Below, piece after piece: positions 42,986 through 56,760 of a stretch of 64,000 nucleotides of DNA (position 1 is its first letter; each line of letters begins with the position of its first letter). The notes beneath the pieces were generated by a model. It made no database searches. It saw only the letters and a list, made by a program, of their open reading frames with translations, and was not told the origin of the DNA. The DNA lies in the NCBI RefSeq assembly GCF_009914755.1, contig NC_060929.1, one strand, 5' to 3'. This DNA comes from the human T2T-CHM13v2.0 reference genome, Homo sapiens. The translations under genes and the position numbers were made by a program.

Positions 42986-44825
42986 AAAGGAAGATATTTC
43001 ACTTTTATTTTTGCTTTGTTTTCACCTATCTGGCATTATTAGTGTTTTAACTGTATTTTTTAGCTTTGTGTTTATGTCATTATTGCCACAGTAATACTAT
43101 AGTAATGTTTATTTCACCAAACAATGGTGTACTGGAAAGAAAGGCATTTTAGACATAATTTGGCCTTGATATGCCATTCATAATCATCTAGAAATGGTAC
43201 ATTCTTCTTGACATTGAATATCAAGAAGTTGAATGGACTACCCAACTAATTGAAGACATAAATATGATTTGGTAAAATTATGATTATTTGGAAAACACTG
43301 AAGGAAGTCTGAATTAAGCTTACGGATCTTCTCAGGTAGGGCTCCGGCCGCCTGTCTACATGAAAGCACATTAGCATTGACCTCAGAGGACACAGTGATG
43401 TCTCCCAGCTCCAGTGGCATTTGTGTAGATAAAGACAAATATATTTTCCTCTGTGGATCTACTAACCTCAAATAATTTAATTTAACCAAACTAGTTGAGA
43501 CATTTCTTCCAAGTCTTAAGCTTTTCCACTGCTAGGCTGACTTGGTGATCACTCTTTCCTTCTGAAAATGTTACATATGACATGACACTAGTGAGTCCAA
43601 AATACTAGAAGCTCAGTTTGTGTTGAGGGCTTGATAAAAACAGTAAGATATACTTCTATTTTAAGTATATTCAACTTATATTTAAAATATACTTCATTAG
43701 GTTGTTTATAAAATAGAGCCTCAAATATTGTACTGCCTTTTTAAACATGTTTTTGGGGTCTTAAAATTAGATTTACAATGATTCTATTGAACAAAAAATA
43801 TGAATCTTTCTCAGGATAAATTTTTACTTAGCCCGTGTGTAGCCGGCTATGGTAAACGTTAATACTTTGTTTCTTGTACTTACTTTCCTGTGGAGAATTC
43901 TGTCCCTTGGTGATAATGGAGGACAATTTAAGGATTGTCTCAGAATATCATAATTTTTGTATGTTTCAAAGTTGCTCTTAAACTTTGAAATGAGGATCTT
44001 AGAGATGAGGTCAAATGGCCTTAAGACAGGATGTGTCATTCTTCAACACTCTCTCTGTAGCCAATGCTGGAAAACTGACCAAAATCTACTCTTTCACAAT
44101 TAGCAAGGAGGCATGTTTGCAGCTATTATAATAGAATTAGATATTGCATGTGTGTTGTAAAAAGCCTTTGCTTAGAACAATTGTTCAAACATCTATTTGA
44201 CTGGCCAAAATGGAAATACAGCATAATTCTATTTTTATGGCCCTCTATTTTAACAAAATGCCAGTTGCATAGCAATGGAACTGTAGTATCCCCCAGTTTC
44301 AAATATGCTTAGCATTAGCTGGAAAGAGCTTTTCTCTTTCCACTTCCACTTCACTTGTATTTCCTTCTCAAGGTTGGTTTTTCTAATTTGAGCTCCCTTT
44401 TAACAAACAACTAGAAATATTCTCATATCCGGCTCATCCTTCTGCTTTTACCTTTTTCCCTGCTTGTGAGGCGTATTTATTTTCCTATAACTAGTCAGAT
44501 TTGGGTTCATGGTATAAATAAAAGTGAGTTTTTCTGAACAAAAATGTCAGCTTTTATATTTTCATATACAAGAAGTATTGTGGCAGATGACGCAATAGAT
44601 GACACCAAATTAAATAATTTTTGTATATGTGCTATCATGTATAATTTAGAAATTACTTTGGATATGTAGGAATAGTCAGACTTATGGGAAAAAAATTTTT
44701 TTTTGAGATCAGTTCTGTGTAGAGCATCATTCTGTCCAATCTGTGTAGAGCATCATCTTGCCTAAATCTATAATTTGGTAGTCAGAGATGAAATAAAGAT
44801 ATCCTAGGTATGGAATCATCATATA

Positions 44826-45069
44826 GAGCTGTCTCTCAGTATAAGCAGGGGATTGGTTCTAGGACCCCCACACATACCAAAATTCACACATACTCAAGTC
44901 CTGCAGCCAACCCCGTGAAATCCATCTATGGAAAAAAATCACACCCTCTATATAAGGCAGGTTTTGCATCCTGCAAAGAATGCATTTTCATCTGAGCGCA
45001 TGGTTGAAAAAAATCCAGGTATAAAGTGGACCAGCACAGTTCAAACCCATGTTGTTCAAGTGTCAACTG
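44826..45069 (+). mobile_element. MER8 (TcMar-Tigger MITE)
   Basis: 'ggggattggttctaggacccc...ataccaaaat' through 'cagttcaaacccatgttgttcaagtgtcaactg'; preceded by TA. Confidence 0.85.
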
Positions 45070-45409
45070 TCTTACAAATGTTTTATTTAAATGTCTAAAA
45101 GTTCTAAAAGCATATGTCAATTTAGCACAGTTTTATGACTCTTAGAAACAAATTCATGAGTCATTCAAATCCATTTAGCAGAGAAAATTGAAGAAATAAG
45201 TATTAATTCTTCATATTTTTATGTATTCTCTTAGATTTCTAACTTAAAATGACAAACTTTCAAGGGCAATTGTTTGAGAGTAACAGCCATTTCCCATGAC
45301 TAATTCGATTACCATTAAATCCATGTTTATTTCCAATGTTCTTAGCTGTGCTATCCACAAACATGTGAATCCATTAGTCATACAATGTGGTCATAAACCA
45401 GGAAAGAGA

Positions 45410-45525
45410 CAGTGGAATACAATGAAACAAGCACAGACTTAGGAGTCAGTCTGGATATGGGTCCATATCCAGGCTTGGTAACTTTCTAGTTGTGTAAACT
45501 TGGGCAAATTATTGTAATTATTCTG
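45410..45525 (+). mobile_element. MIR fragment
   Basis: 'gcacagacttaggagtcag...tagttgtgtaaacttgggcaaattat'. Confidence 0.65.
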
Positions 45526-45701
45526 AAAAACACCTAACTAGAATAAATAACATAAAGGTGAGCTGATATTATGTAAATAAAGTTAAAAGAGAAAATGACT
45601 CAGTGTCAAAGCCCTGGCATGCTGCCTGGAATTCAATAGATAATGATTTTCATTAGAAGCAGAAAACAGAGAATTTGGATAGAGCAGTTTATTTTCTGTC
45701 T

Positions 45702-45962
45702 GCATCAGAATCTCAACTTGGGCACTATTGATATTTGGGGCTGAATAATTCTTTGTTGTGGGGCACTGTCCTGTGTATTGTAGCATGCTTAGCAACATGC
45801 CTGGTCTCTACCCACTAGATGCTAGTAGTGTACCTCCCTCTCAATTACTCCTCCCAAGCCCTGCCACTCTACCACTTGGCACCTTAATTGTGACAATCAA
45901 GAATGTGTGCAGGGATTGCCAAATATGCGTCAGGGCAAAATCTCCCTAATTGAGAACCACTG
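45702..45962 (-). mobile_element. MER20 (hAT-Charlie MITE)
   Basis: 'ggcactattgatatttgggg...ctacccactagatgctagtag...gggcaaaatc...ttgagaaccactg'. Confidence 0.85.
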
Positions 45963-47029
45963 GTCTGCCTGAAGAGTGAGGTCCATTGTCCAGTAGCTCA
46001 GGCCCAGCCTTGTGTCTCTGTCCTTCAATTTCACCTTTGGCTAGTTACACAGTTAATGGCAGAACTCCCCCAATGTATAGGGATATGGTCATTGTGTATT
46101 TTGGATACTCATTCTAGATTTTACCAGAGGAAAATTTCTTTATCACCTAAGTTCTTTCTAAATGGGAATAAAATATCAGGAACACGAGACATGAAATGAG
46201 ATGTATTACTTAATTAATTTGTGCTCAGTAAATTACATGTGAATTTGCAAAGAAGTAAGTAACCATTTTAGGCAAATAATTTGTACATAGCAATTACTCT
46301 TGTTTAATTCAGAATGCCTCAAGACATTCAATTTTTAAAATTCAAGGAAAAGCAAAAAAAGTCAAATGTGTATTTCAGGGTAGCAAAACTCTTCCGTGTA
46401 CATTAATAATCCATTTCTTAAGTGATCCTAATACACATTGTTTGGAATGATTGAAAAAATTGTTGTTAATATACTCGCTTTTACTTACAAATGATTATTT
46501 TCATTTTACTATGTTTGTTTTTGAGGAAAAACCTTAAAAATTACTATAAACAAACTATTAACAGTTTTAAGGAATAAACATTATCAAGCCTGTTTCCGTA
46601 AATTATAAAATGAAAACAAGCTTTTAAATGTGCTACTTAGTAATTTAGTGTCAGATATATATACTGGAGCAGATTATATTTATAATTATTTTGTCTTTAT
46701 AAAAATGGAAAAATGACTTAAAAGTGGGAGGTGGAGGAAAATTTGTGATGTGATCATGAAGAAGGTCAAAATATTCTCAGTTCTATGTATATTTGTAAAC
46801 CAGTTCAATACAGTACCTGGATTAATTATTTTATTATTTATACTGAGCTTTGACTCCAAATAATTTAAATAAGTCTATATAAAATATAGTAAGATTATTC
46901 AAATGTTCAAAGAAAAAGTAGAAAGAAAAAATACAACCCCAGAAACATAAAATTAAGTCAGTAAAAGCCTAGTTAAAAATGCATTTATAAAATGTTATTT
47001 GTTTTCTACAGCTGGATAAGATATTTTGC

Positions 47030-48590
47030 AAGAAATGAGCAGAACAAAAATAAAATTAGGAAAACAATTCCATTTATAATAGCACCAAAAAGAACAAAAT
47101 TCTTACAAATAAATTTTTAAAAGCAGTATATAGTTTATACTCTAAAAACTACAGAATATTGTGGAAAGAAATTACAATATACCTAAATAAATGTTAAGAC
47201 TTTTTATGTTAATGGATTGGAAGATAACATTGTTAAGATGACAGTATTCTCCAAATTGAGATACAGATTTAATTCAGTTCCTACCAATGTCCTGGATGAC
47301 TTCTTTGCCAAAATTGACAATGTGATCCTAACTTTAATTTGGAAATGCAGATGATCTAGAATGGCCCAAACAACCTTGAAAGAGAATGGAGCTGAAAGAC
47401 TCACACTTCCTGATTTTAAAATTTACTTCAAATCTATAGTAATCAAAACAGTATGGTATTAGTCTAAAAATAGACATATAGATCAATGAAATAGTCCAGA
47501 AATAAACCCTCAAATTTACAATAAATTAATTTTTAAAAGGGTGTCATGACCATCCAATGGGTAGAGAATAGTGTTTTCAACAAATGGTGCTAGGTCAACT
47601 GGATATTCATATTAAAAAATTGAGTTGGATACTTAGCTTACAACACACACACACAAATTAACTCAAAATTGATCAGAGACCTAAATATAAGAGCTTAAAC
47701 TATAAAACTCTTAGAAAACATGTATATCAAACTCTTAAAAACTTAGGTATAAATCTTTGTTATACCTATGGATGTGGGAATGGTTTCTTAGAGATGACAC
47801 CAAAGATACAAGAAATGAAGAAAAAATAGGTATCATCAAAATCAAACTATTTCATACTCAAATTACACCATCAGGAAAGTGTAAAGAACTCCCATAGAAT
47901 GACAGAAAAAATGTTCAAAGAATGTATCTGAAAAGGGATTTGTATCTAGACTATATAAAGAACAATTACAACCCCATAATTAAGAAGACAAATAATCCAG
48001 TTTAAACATGGGCAAATGTTCCAAATAGACATTTCTTCAAAGAATATATACAAACATCCTTTTGTTTAATGCTGGTATTTATCAGGGAAATGCGAATTGA
48101 AATCCATGAGATACCACTTCACACCTCCTAGAATGACTATAGTCAAAGAAACCAAAAATAAAAATTTTTAGTGAGGATTTGGAGAAAGTGGAGCCCTCAT
48201 ACACTGATGGTGGGAATATAAAATTTGAAAAACAGTTAGGAAAAGCCTAGAGCTTCTTCAAAACGTTAAACATAGAGTTACCACATGATCTAGCAATTCT
48301 ACTCCTAGGTATATACCCAAGAAAAATAAAAACATGTCCACACAAACATTTCTAAGTGATTGTTCATAGCAGCAGCATCTATAATAACCCAAAAGTGGAA
48401 ACAACTTAAATGTCCATCAACTAATAAAATGTGGTAATATCGATATAATGGCATATTACTCCACAATAAAAAGAAATGAAATACTTCTACATGTTGCAAC
48501 ATTATGAACCTTGAAAACATGCTTAGTGAGAGAAAACAGACATAAAGAACCATATATTATAATAATTTCTTTTGTAAGAAAAGTTATACT
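47030..48590 (+). mobile_element. Old L1 (L1MB/MC-like) ORF2 3' part and 3'UTR start
   Basis: 'caattccatttataatagcacc', 'ccagaaataaaccc', 'tagcaattctactcctaggtatatacccaag'. Confidence 0.85.
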
Positions 48591-48984
48591 ATTATGTCCT
48601 GTTTTGTTTGGTAGTGGTGAAAAGATTGTGGTCAGAGCTAGAATGTCCCATCTTAGGAGAAACTTCCATAACCACCCATAGAAAGTAGCTACCCAATCCC
48701 TCTTTAACATGACTTAATTTTAATATTCTACATAAAACCAATCCAAATTTTATTTTTTTAAAAAGTATTTATGTACTTTATTGTCTTAACACTGAAAAGT
48801 AATGTATACAAGCAAAGAATTGCCCTTGTTATTCACAGCTGTATCTTTAGGACCAACAGTGGTGCCAGGCAGAGTTGGCCACCTAATAGGTATTCGTCAC
48901 TAATAAGACATTTATCATAAAACTATGGGAGATTCAAAGATATAAATATTTAACACAGTGACCATTTCTTGGTACTGGTACTTT

Positions 48985-49210
48985 TTATTAATGTATTTAT
49001 TAAAATTGATAAGTAAAAATTGAACTTATTTATGGCATATAAGATGATGTTTTGAAATATGTATACATTGTGGAATGACTAAGTCAAGCAAACATATGCG
49101 TTACCACACATACTTATTTCTTTGTGATGAGAACACATAAAATCTCTTCTCTTAGTGATTTTCAAATATACAATACATTGTATTAACTGTAGTCATCGTA
49201 TTGTATTATA
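48985..49210 (-). mobile_element. Short L1MA 3' end with perfect TSD
   Basis: L1MA 3'UTR motifs; 14-bp TSD ggtactggtacttt (48971-48984 / 49211-49224). Confidence 0.85.
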
Positions 49211-49689
49211 GGTACTGGTACTTTGAGTGCCCTATCTTGTGTAATCCTTAGCTCAGCCCTGGGAGGTCAGTAGTATTCTTTCCATTTTTAGAGAAATTAA
49301 TAGTTCACTTCAGATCACACAGTCTGTACCAGGGCAAGATTCCAGTTGGCATTTTTCTTCCCACAGATGCCATGCTTTAATGATTACACTGTACTATAGC
49401 CAGTGCTGAAGCAAGTACTATTGGGATTTAGGAGTGTCAGGGGATGCTTCGAGACAGAGGGATATTTTTAACTAGGTTTTGAATAAGAGGGAGACTTTTG
49501 TTCAGGTGGTGGGATGGCATACCATCCAAAGTGTGGGAGGAGGATAGCACGGAGCTTATAGAAAGCAATGAGTGGTTCAATTTGGCAGGAGTCTAGGATG
49601 AGCTACATTTGAGAAGAGGTTTTGAGAATGAGGTGAATATTATGATTAATTTGCTCCTTTTTGCAGAAATGACTGGACCAATGTTGATG

Positions 49690-49822
49690 TTTCTTCTTAT
49701 AAAGGCACTAGTCCCATTTGTGAGGGCTCCACCCCAATTACTTAATTATTTGCCAAAGACCTCACCTCCAAATATCATCACACTGGAGACTAAGCTTCAA
49801 CCTAGGAATTTGGGGACACATC
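49690..49822 (-). mobile_element. MaLR (MLT1A/MST-like) LTR fragment
   Basis: 'ttcttataaaggcactagtcccatttgtgagggctccacc...cacctccaaatatcatcaca'. Confidence 0.7.
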
Positions 49823-50802
49823 CTTTATCTCGGTTTCATCTCTCCCACCACATGTCCACTTTAGATCCCTTCTAGATTACAGCAAAAGCCCTGATATTCA
49901 CCAACCATGCCCATACTTTTCTGTTTCTGTGCCAGGTCTCTTAATACCACTTTTGCCTGGAGCTCCTAGCTTCAGCCATATTGCCTTCTATCAACATTCT
50001 GTCTTTCCTGGCTCCTTTGAAACACCATTGGTTAAAGATCTTTCTGAATGCATCTCCCAATAATCAGATGTGCTACTAAATAAGATATGGTGTCTTCTTC
50101 ATAATTATCAAGGAATCCAATATTTCTAGGTTTTTCTAAAATCAGTTTCTGAGAAAAGCTTCTCCATTATTCTTGTGGTATGCTCTCTTGTTTACATTTT
50201 GGTTTTTCTATTTCAGATAATACTGGGGATTTGCTCATGTAGTTCATCTGTATCTATATACTTGTTAAACTCTGCATAGAAACTTTCTGAAGGAAATAAT
50301 AATGATAATTATTATAGCTAATCATTCCCATTTTCTATGTTATTCAAACATGCCTGTATGATGTACTAAAATTATTACTTAGTACTGTACTTATGACAAA
50401 GTAGGAGCTCAAATAATTCTAATTTGCTGAAAAGTCTACAGTCTAACTGATATGTTGGAAATAATCTACATGTTATGTCTTCATAGGAACTTCATTTATG
50501 ATCATTCCTTTCTTTCCCTAAATGGTACCTAAAAAAAGATTCCATTTCACTTTTATTGAGCATCTACTCAGTGTAAGACTATTCTTTTTAATGCATGGAA
50601 TGCAAGAACTGTGATAGTAACTGGCTTCATAGATCTTAGCATCAACTGTAAGGATAAGGCAAGAGTATTTACAGGTAATTGTAGGTAATAAAAACTGCAA
50701 TTAGAAGCACACAAAATATTCTGTAGAATTCAAAGAAAGGAGAGATCATATCACATTAGAAGTTAAAAGAAAGATTTCATGGAATAGTTGACATTTCAGG
50801 CA

Positions 50803-51330
50803 GTGTGACAGAAACTTCTAGTTGCCCACCTGAATATCCATTTACCCTTTCCTTTTTAGGAACAGAATTCTGATTTTTAGCTGAGCTCATTGATGCGTGA
50901 ATAGGAAGACTGCATTTCACAGGCTCCCTTAAAGCTGAGTGCAATCATGTGACTAAGCACTGGCCAAAGAAATGTCAACGGAAGTGTTATGTGTGATTTC
51001 TGTCAATGTCACTTAGAAGTAGCTGACTTGCAGAGAGAAAGGAGATAAATCTTTTTTTTTTTTTCATCACTATTCTGCCTTTTGTCTATCTTTTGGCCCA
51101 CACCCTCAGATATAATGGCTGGAGTTTCACAGACTATCCTGGGTCATGAGGTGACTCGAAGACGGAAAACTTGCCCTAGTCTGATAGAGCAGAAAGACAG
51201 AAATTGTGTTCTTATGAAAACATGGAATGAACTTTCTACCTCCAGACTTATTTTACACAATAATGAAATAAACTTCTAACTTATGTAAGCCCCTATTATT
51301 CAGAGATATTCTGGTCCATCCCACTAAAAC
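50803..51330 (+). mobile_element. MLT1J-like LTR
   Basis: 'gactgcatttcacaggctccctt...catgtgactaagcactggcca', 'ctacctccagactt...aaataaacttctaactt'. Confidence 0.7.
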
Positions 51331-51529
51331 AGATTCTAATCTACAGCCCTGGAGGCTTTCACTAAAGGCAGGCGGAGCAAAGTAAATGGCACACTGTTAG
51401 GAAATTTTATAATTTTACCTTTATTCTCATTTTGGTCATTCCTATAAAACCTCTGGCAATATTCCTTGTGGTCCTCTTTCCTTCCACTAACACTTGACCG
51501 TCACAACAGGCAGTCTTACTCAGTAATCA

Positions 51530-51760
51530 AAGATGTGGACTCTCGAGTCAAGACTCTATAGGTTAAGATCCCAGCTTGGCCTCTCATGAGCTGTGTTACT
51601 TTGAGCAATGATTTAACCTTTCTCATTTCCTCAACTGCAAAATTTATACAGCAGTAAGATCCAGCTCACAGGGTTTTTGTGAAGATTAAATTAGTAAAGG
51701 ATGTACAGTAAGACCATAGAACAGTAACAGGCTCACAGTAAGTGCTCAGTAAATGTTAGA
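51530..51760 (+). mobile_element. MIR
   Basis: Core 'agctgtgttactttgagcaatgatttaacc...tttcctca', 3' end 'cacagtaagtgctcagtaaatgttag'. Confidence 0.8.
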
Positions 51761-51984
51761 GAGAAATGTGACTATCAATTCAAGAATGGCTTGTTGAATG
51801 TCAGTTATGTGTTAAGCTTTATATTCAGCTTGGGTACAAGGGAGTAAATAAATCACATTCCTTAGCAGTTCACAGTATAGTTCTTTGTGAGAAAAATATA
51901 TATCTATATTTTGGGGGATGATTTTCTTCTAGCTCCATGTCCTGTTAACCACACCAAGCCAGTCTGAATTATAAAACAGTGTTT

Positions 51985-52289
<305 letters not shown>

Positions 52290-53214
52290 AACAATGTTTA
52301 ATCATTGGATAAATTATACAATTCAATGCATTCTCCCCTGGCAAGAAGAAATGCCCTGGCATGGTACGCAGGAAGATCAAAATGATAATATCATGAGATC
52401 TACTCCCACAAAAAGTATTTGAGAGACTTCCTTTCAAAAACTTCAAATTAATTATAACTCAGTTTAGGGAGACCTGAAAATGAATAATGACAAAGTACGG
52501 CAACATCAAAAATATCTTATATTACTATAATTTGTGCAAATGCCAAATTAAATGTTATAAGCTATCTGAAAAGAATTTTTGCACTATGAGAAAGATGACA
52601 AAGCAATTTCCACATGGTTTCTACTGCCTGTTCATATGTTTATACTAAAAGATACTTCCTCTATTGTCCACATGGCTTTTACCAACCCCCACTTCCACTT
52701 AGAACTATTAGAGGAAGTTGCCAAATTATTATGAGTCAGTTGTTTAGAAATTGAACATTATTATACAGGTAGCCTACCTAACTCACAGTGTGCCTAAATA
52801 TGGCAATAATAACACTGACTCCAACATTGTACTCTAAGCTCTCTCAGAGGAAAATTCATAGCAGATTCTTACTTGAGATGACAAATTACGTCTCACGGCT
52901 GTAATCTCTTCCAACACACTCTCTTCAGTCACTGGGAATAATTACTGGGATATGGACAAAGAGTTCCATCCATCTGCGGTTTGGGTAAAGGACAATAGGA
53001 AGAGAAAAAAGGAGTCCCCAGGGGTTCTTGGTTCTGCATCAGCTTCTAATTGCATTTCTTACAGGGCCAGGAGATTGGTCCACATATTTCTAGTTCTACT
53101 ATCCTGGCCTGTTCTTCTGGCTATGGGTTGTCTCCTCTCCCAGGCCACTGCCCTGTGAAACTACAGTTCTTCTCTAGTCTCCAGTTCCTGAATCAAGTAT
53201 ACAGTCCTTTGGAG

Positions 53215-53459
53215 CAGTGGTTTTCAACTATTTTTTTTTTACATGATCTGCAGCAATAAAAGCATTTGACACCATAATTAAATAAATATGTACCTCTACA
53301 TAGACATAAGTGAAAGAAAAGTTTTACAGGGCAAAACTCATCCTACTATGTGATATGCACATTCTATTCCATTCTATTAAAAAATGTTTGTTATCATGGC
53401 TCACTAAGTCAATTTTATGACTGTTTTATAGATTATACCTCACAGTTTGAAGAACTGTG
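53215..53459. mobile_element. hAT-Charlie-type MITE relic
   Basis: Degenerate TIRs 'cagtggttttcaact' ... 'cagtttgaagaactgtg'. Confidence 0.5.
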
Positions 53460-55577
53460 CTTTAAACATTAAAAAAAAACTTAAAAAAAAAGTCTAAAAA
53501 CTAACATAAACAATTTCAAATCATCTCGAAAATGTCACACTATACTGGACATTTAGTTTATTTTGACGTTTAGGGCTTTGAAACTCCTCACTATGGAAAC
53601 TTCTCTACCTCATGAAAACTGGAGAGATAAGGGTATGTTTCCTACTGCAAAATTGCCACTGTCCAGACACACTATTTCTCTGGCCCCTAGAAATAAGGGA
53701 TGAGCATGTGACCCTTTCAGTTTCTTGGTTTGGAGCAAGAATTCATTCTGGCAGCATAAATTAACATTGGCTGCATGGGTAGTGGTACAACAGAGTACAC
53801 TGTTCATTGTGGAATGGGCCTGGGTGCCACATGTTGCACCCAGTAGCCAGCAAGAAGGATAACAGTATCTGCATCCACATGGTGTTTGGTGGTGTGGTTT
53901 TAGCTGTAATCATTGTGTCCAGCCTCCTTTTATCCTTACCTTGCCCATGTCTGATTCTCCAGCCTTTCTAGTAGTTCCCTTTCTTTTTAAATCTGCCACT
54001 GTGTAAGTTGGTTTCTCTGGTTTGCAATGACTTGCAATCTATTTCCCTGAGGTTTAACTCAACATTAGGGATTTTTCCTCTGCTTTATGCAAAAGAACAC
54101 TATCTCAGAGATTCTTTGCAAAAATATTCATTAGAGGTCTGTGAAGGAAAGGATGGGAACATTGAGAGGTGAAAGTTTGATAGGAGAATTGATAATTCAG
54201 CTTGCTGGTGAGAGAGTAAGTAGAGAAAGAATCTATCTTGGGATTTTTTCACCTTCCTTTCTTCAACAGGATCCTCATTATATCGCTTCTACTGTCAAAA
54301 ATCCTGGTTGGGGTCAGGGTCGGGCAACAAAAGACCAAGATTCAGTGAGGGAGAAAAGGGAAGGCAGTCATAAGCAATGAAAGAGAAGGGAGCCCTAGTT
54401 GTATCATTGGGGAATAAAACTAATTCATTATGGCCACTCCGTTTCACATGCTGGGGGCCTGTCCTGGGTATGTACAAGAAAAGAAATGTGTGTGAAGCAA
54501 AAATGTGTCTAATGCCATCTGCAGTCATCTAAAGACCAGTGTAAAGAAGCATGTATTTTTCTGCATAAGTATCATTATTATTATCAAGATTATTTAGTAT
54601 TTGTTAATAGACTGTGAGATCTAGTTTAATTCTTTCCAGTAACAAGCTAGATGGCCAGTGTAAATTTTCGTAGTTGATTCATCCAGTTGGTGCCTTAATT
54701 TCTGCACAACTTCTCATCAATAGGCCATAGCAAGGGGTCCTCAAATGCAAAGAAGTAGGTTTGTTGGGGAAAGTGCCCATTAAATTCCATTGTTTTCCTC
54801 TTTAGGATATTATGTTTTGACATTTCAACTGTCCTCATTGCACAAGAGTTTTCAGACTAAATGTTTGGTATATAAATCCAATAAGGATATGTTGAAAACT
54901 TTAACTCATACTTAAAATGCCACCAGTTTCCCAAATCTGTACTGGATTAACACCCACATGTAAATGTGATGATTCCTTATAACTGCTTCGAAGTTAAGTG
55001 AGCACAACTGTGTTCTTGTAGCAAATAAGCACTTGTGAAATATCGAATGAAACAAGCATGAAATACTAGTCAGTTAACAAAAATGCAAAAAAAAATGTTT
55101 TTACTACTGACTAGTAAAAATCAGTCTAAATAATTTCATTTAGACTGATTAATTTACCTTACCCAGTGAGCATGTAGATACAATTAGTAAAAATAGAATA
55201 TGAATATAAATAGCAGTTTTGATGCTTAGAAAAATTTGAAAACGTGATATTTGCCAGCATTAAGCTCATGAATTTTCATTTAAAAATACAATTTTAGAAA
55301 TTTTTCTTCTCTTTGCTTGCAGTGTGATATTGAGAAATAGATGTAAGGCCCAGATGTTATTCATATAAATTCTTAAGCAGTAGAGATTTTAAACAATATG
55401 AGTACATGATTAACAGGTATTGCCTGTGATTTCGGATTTGAACATGATTAAGGCTGGGCTGCCTACATCTGCTGAATTCTGAGATATGAAGGGACAGGAT
55501 CTTTGGGGCATCATCTAGTTTATCCAATGAAGTATTAATGTGTTGGAAAAAAATATTTCTTGTTCATGGGCCAAACA

Positions 55578-55655
55578 GAGTCATGTGTCACTTAGCAATG
55601 GGGGGTCATTCTGAGAAATGGGTTGTTGGGTGATTTCATCCCTGTGTGAACATCC
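55578..55655 (+). mobile_element. Tigger3/MER47-type terminal fragment
   Basis: 'gtcatgtgtcacttagcaatgggg..cattctgagaaatg....gtgatttcatc...gtgtgaacatc'. Confidence 0.65.
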
Positions 55656-55811
55656 TAAGAATATGGCTACTAAAGTTAGCTTCCAGAAGGGACAGATAAA
55701 CTTATTCTCACAAATATTTACATTATCAAGAAGAAAGGGGAAAATACTTATAATTTTTAAAATAAGAAGAGACAGTTTTAATCTTTTATCTAATTGATTT
55801 AAAAATTATTG

Positions 55812-55976
55812 AATTAGCTGGGCATGGTGGCACACAGCCATAGTCCTAGCTACTTGGGAGGCTAAAGTGGGAGGATCGCTTGAGCCCAGGAGTTCAACAT
55901 TACAGTAAGCTGTGATCACACCACTGCACTCCAGCCTAGGTAACAGAGACACCCTATCTCTAATAATAATAATAAT
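55812..55976 (+). mobile_element. Alu right monomer (FRAM or truncated AluJ)
   Basis: Right arm only with (TAA)n tail. Confidence 0.88.
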
Positions 55977-56459
55977 TTGAAGGGTTATCATAGTCAAAAC
56001 AATGTGAAGATTTTTAATATGTTACTCATTTTTTTATAAATTTCTAAGTGCTACCTTATTTAGGCATGGTAACCTTGAAATATTCACATGTTTAGAGTAA
56101 AAAAAAAATGAAAAGTGAAGTGAATTAATTTTTGGAAGAGTCAGAAGTTAACCTTGGGAATGATTTCAGGTGATTAATTACCTGGGTGGCTGTGGCTGAC
56201 CAGCCTTACTGGCTCTGCTTTTCTTCATCTGTGAGTCCTGAGCTAGATTATGTCACCCTAATGCCTAGAATGAGTAAATATCTTGTATTAAAACAGCACA
56301 GAAAGCAAGAATATATCATATTTACTAGAAGCTTATGATGTGCATGCAGTGTTCTTTATCATTTCATTTAATTTCCACCATAATCTTTGGTGGTAGATGG
56401 TTAAAATAAAATGCAAATAGACCAAGTTACATTGCTGTACCACACCAAGCCCAGGTGAA

Positions 56460-56760
56460 ACCCACATGAAACTCCTAAGCCTGGCTCACCTTTACTCTTT
56501 GATTTAAAAAGTTCATTTCAAATGTCACTTCCTTTAGAAAAATTTATCTGACTTTTCCAAGAAACTCAAGAATTCTTTTCTTTAGCTGCTCAATACACTT
56601 TGTTCATTCCTTCATTATATAAACTATCATACGGATAGCGCCATGTCCACCTCCCTTTCTGAAAGAGGGGACTGTGATATTTCACGCTGTATCCCTAGAA
56701 TCCATTAGTATCTGGTATACAATAGGTACTGAATATATTCGTTAAATAAATGAATGAAAT
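56460..56760 (+). mobile_element. L2 3' end
   Basis: 'caaatgtcacttcctt', 'gctgtatccctaga...aataggtactgaatatattcgttaaataaatgaatgaa'. Confidence 0.65.
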
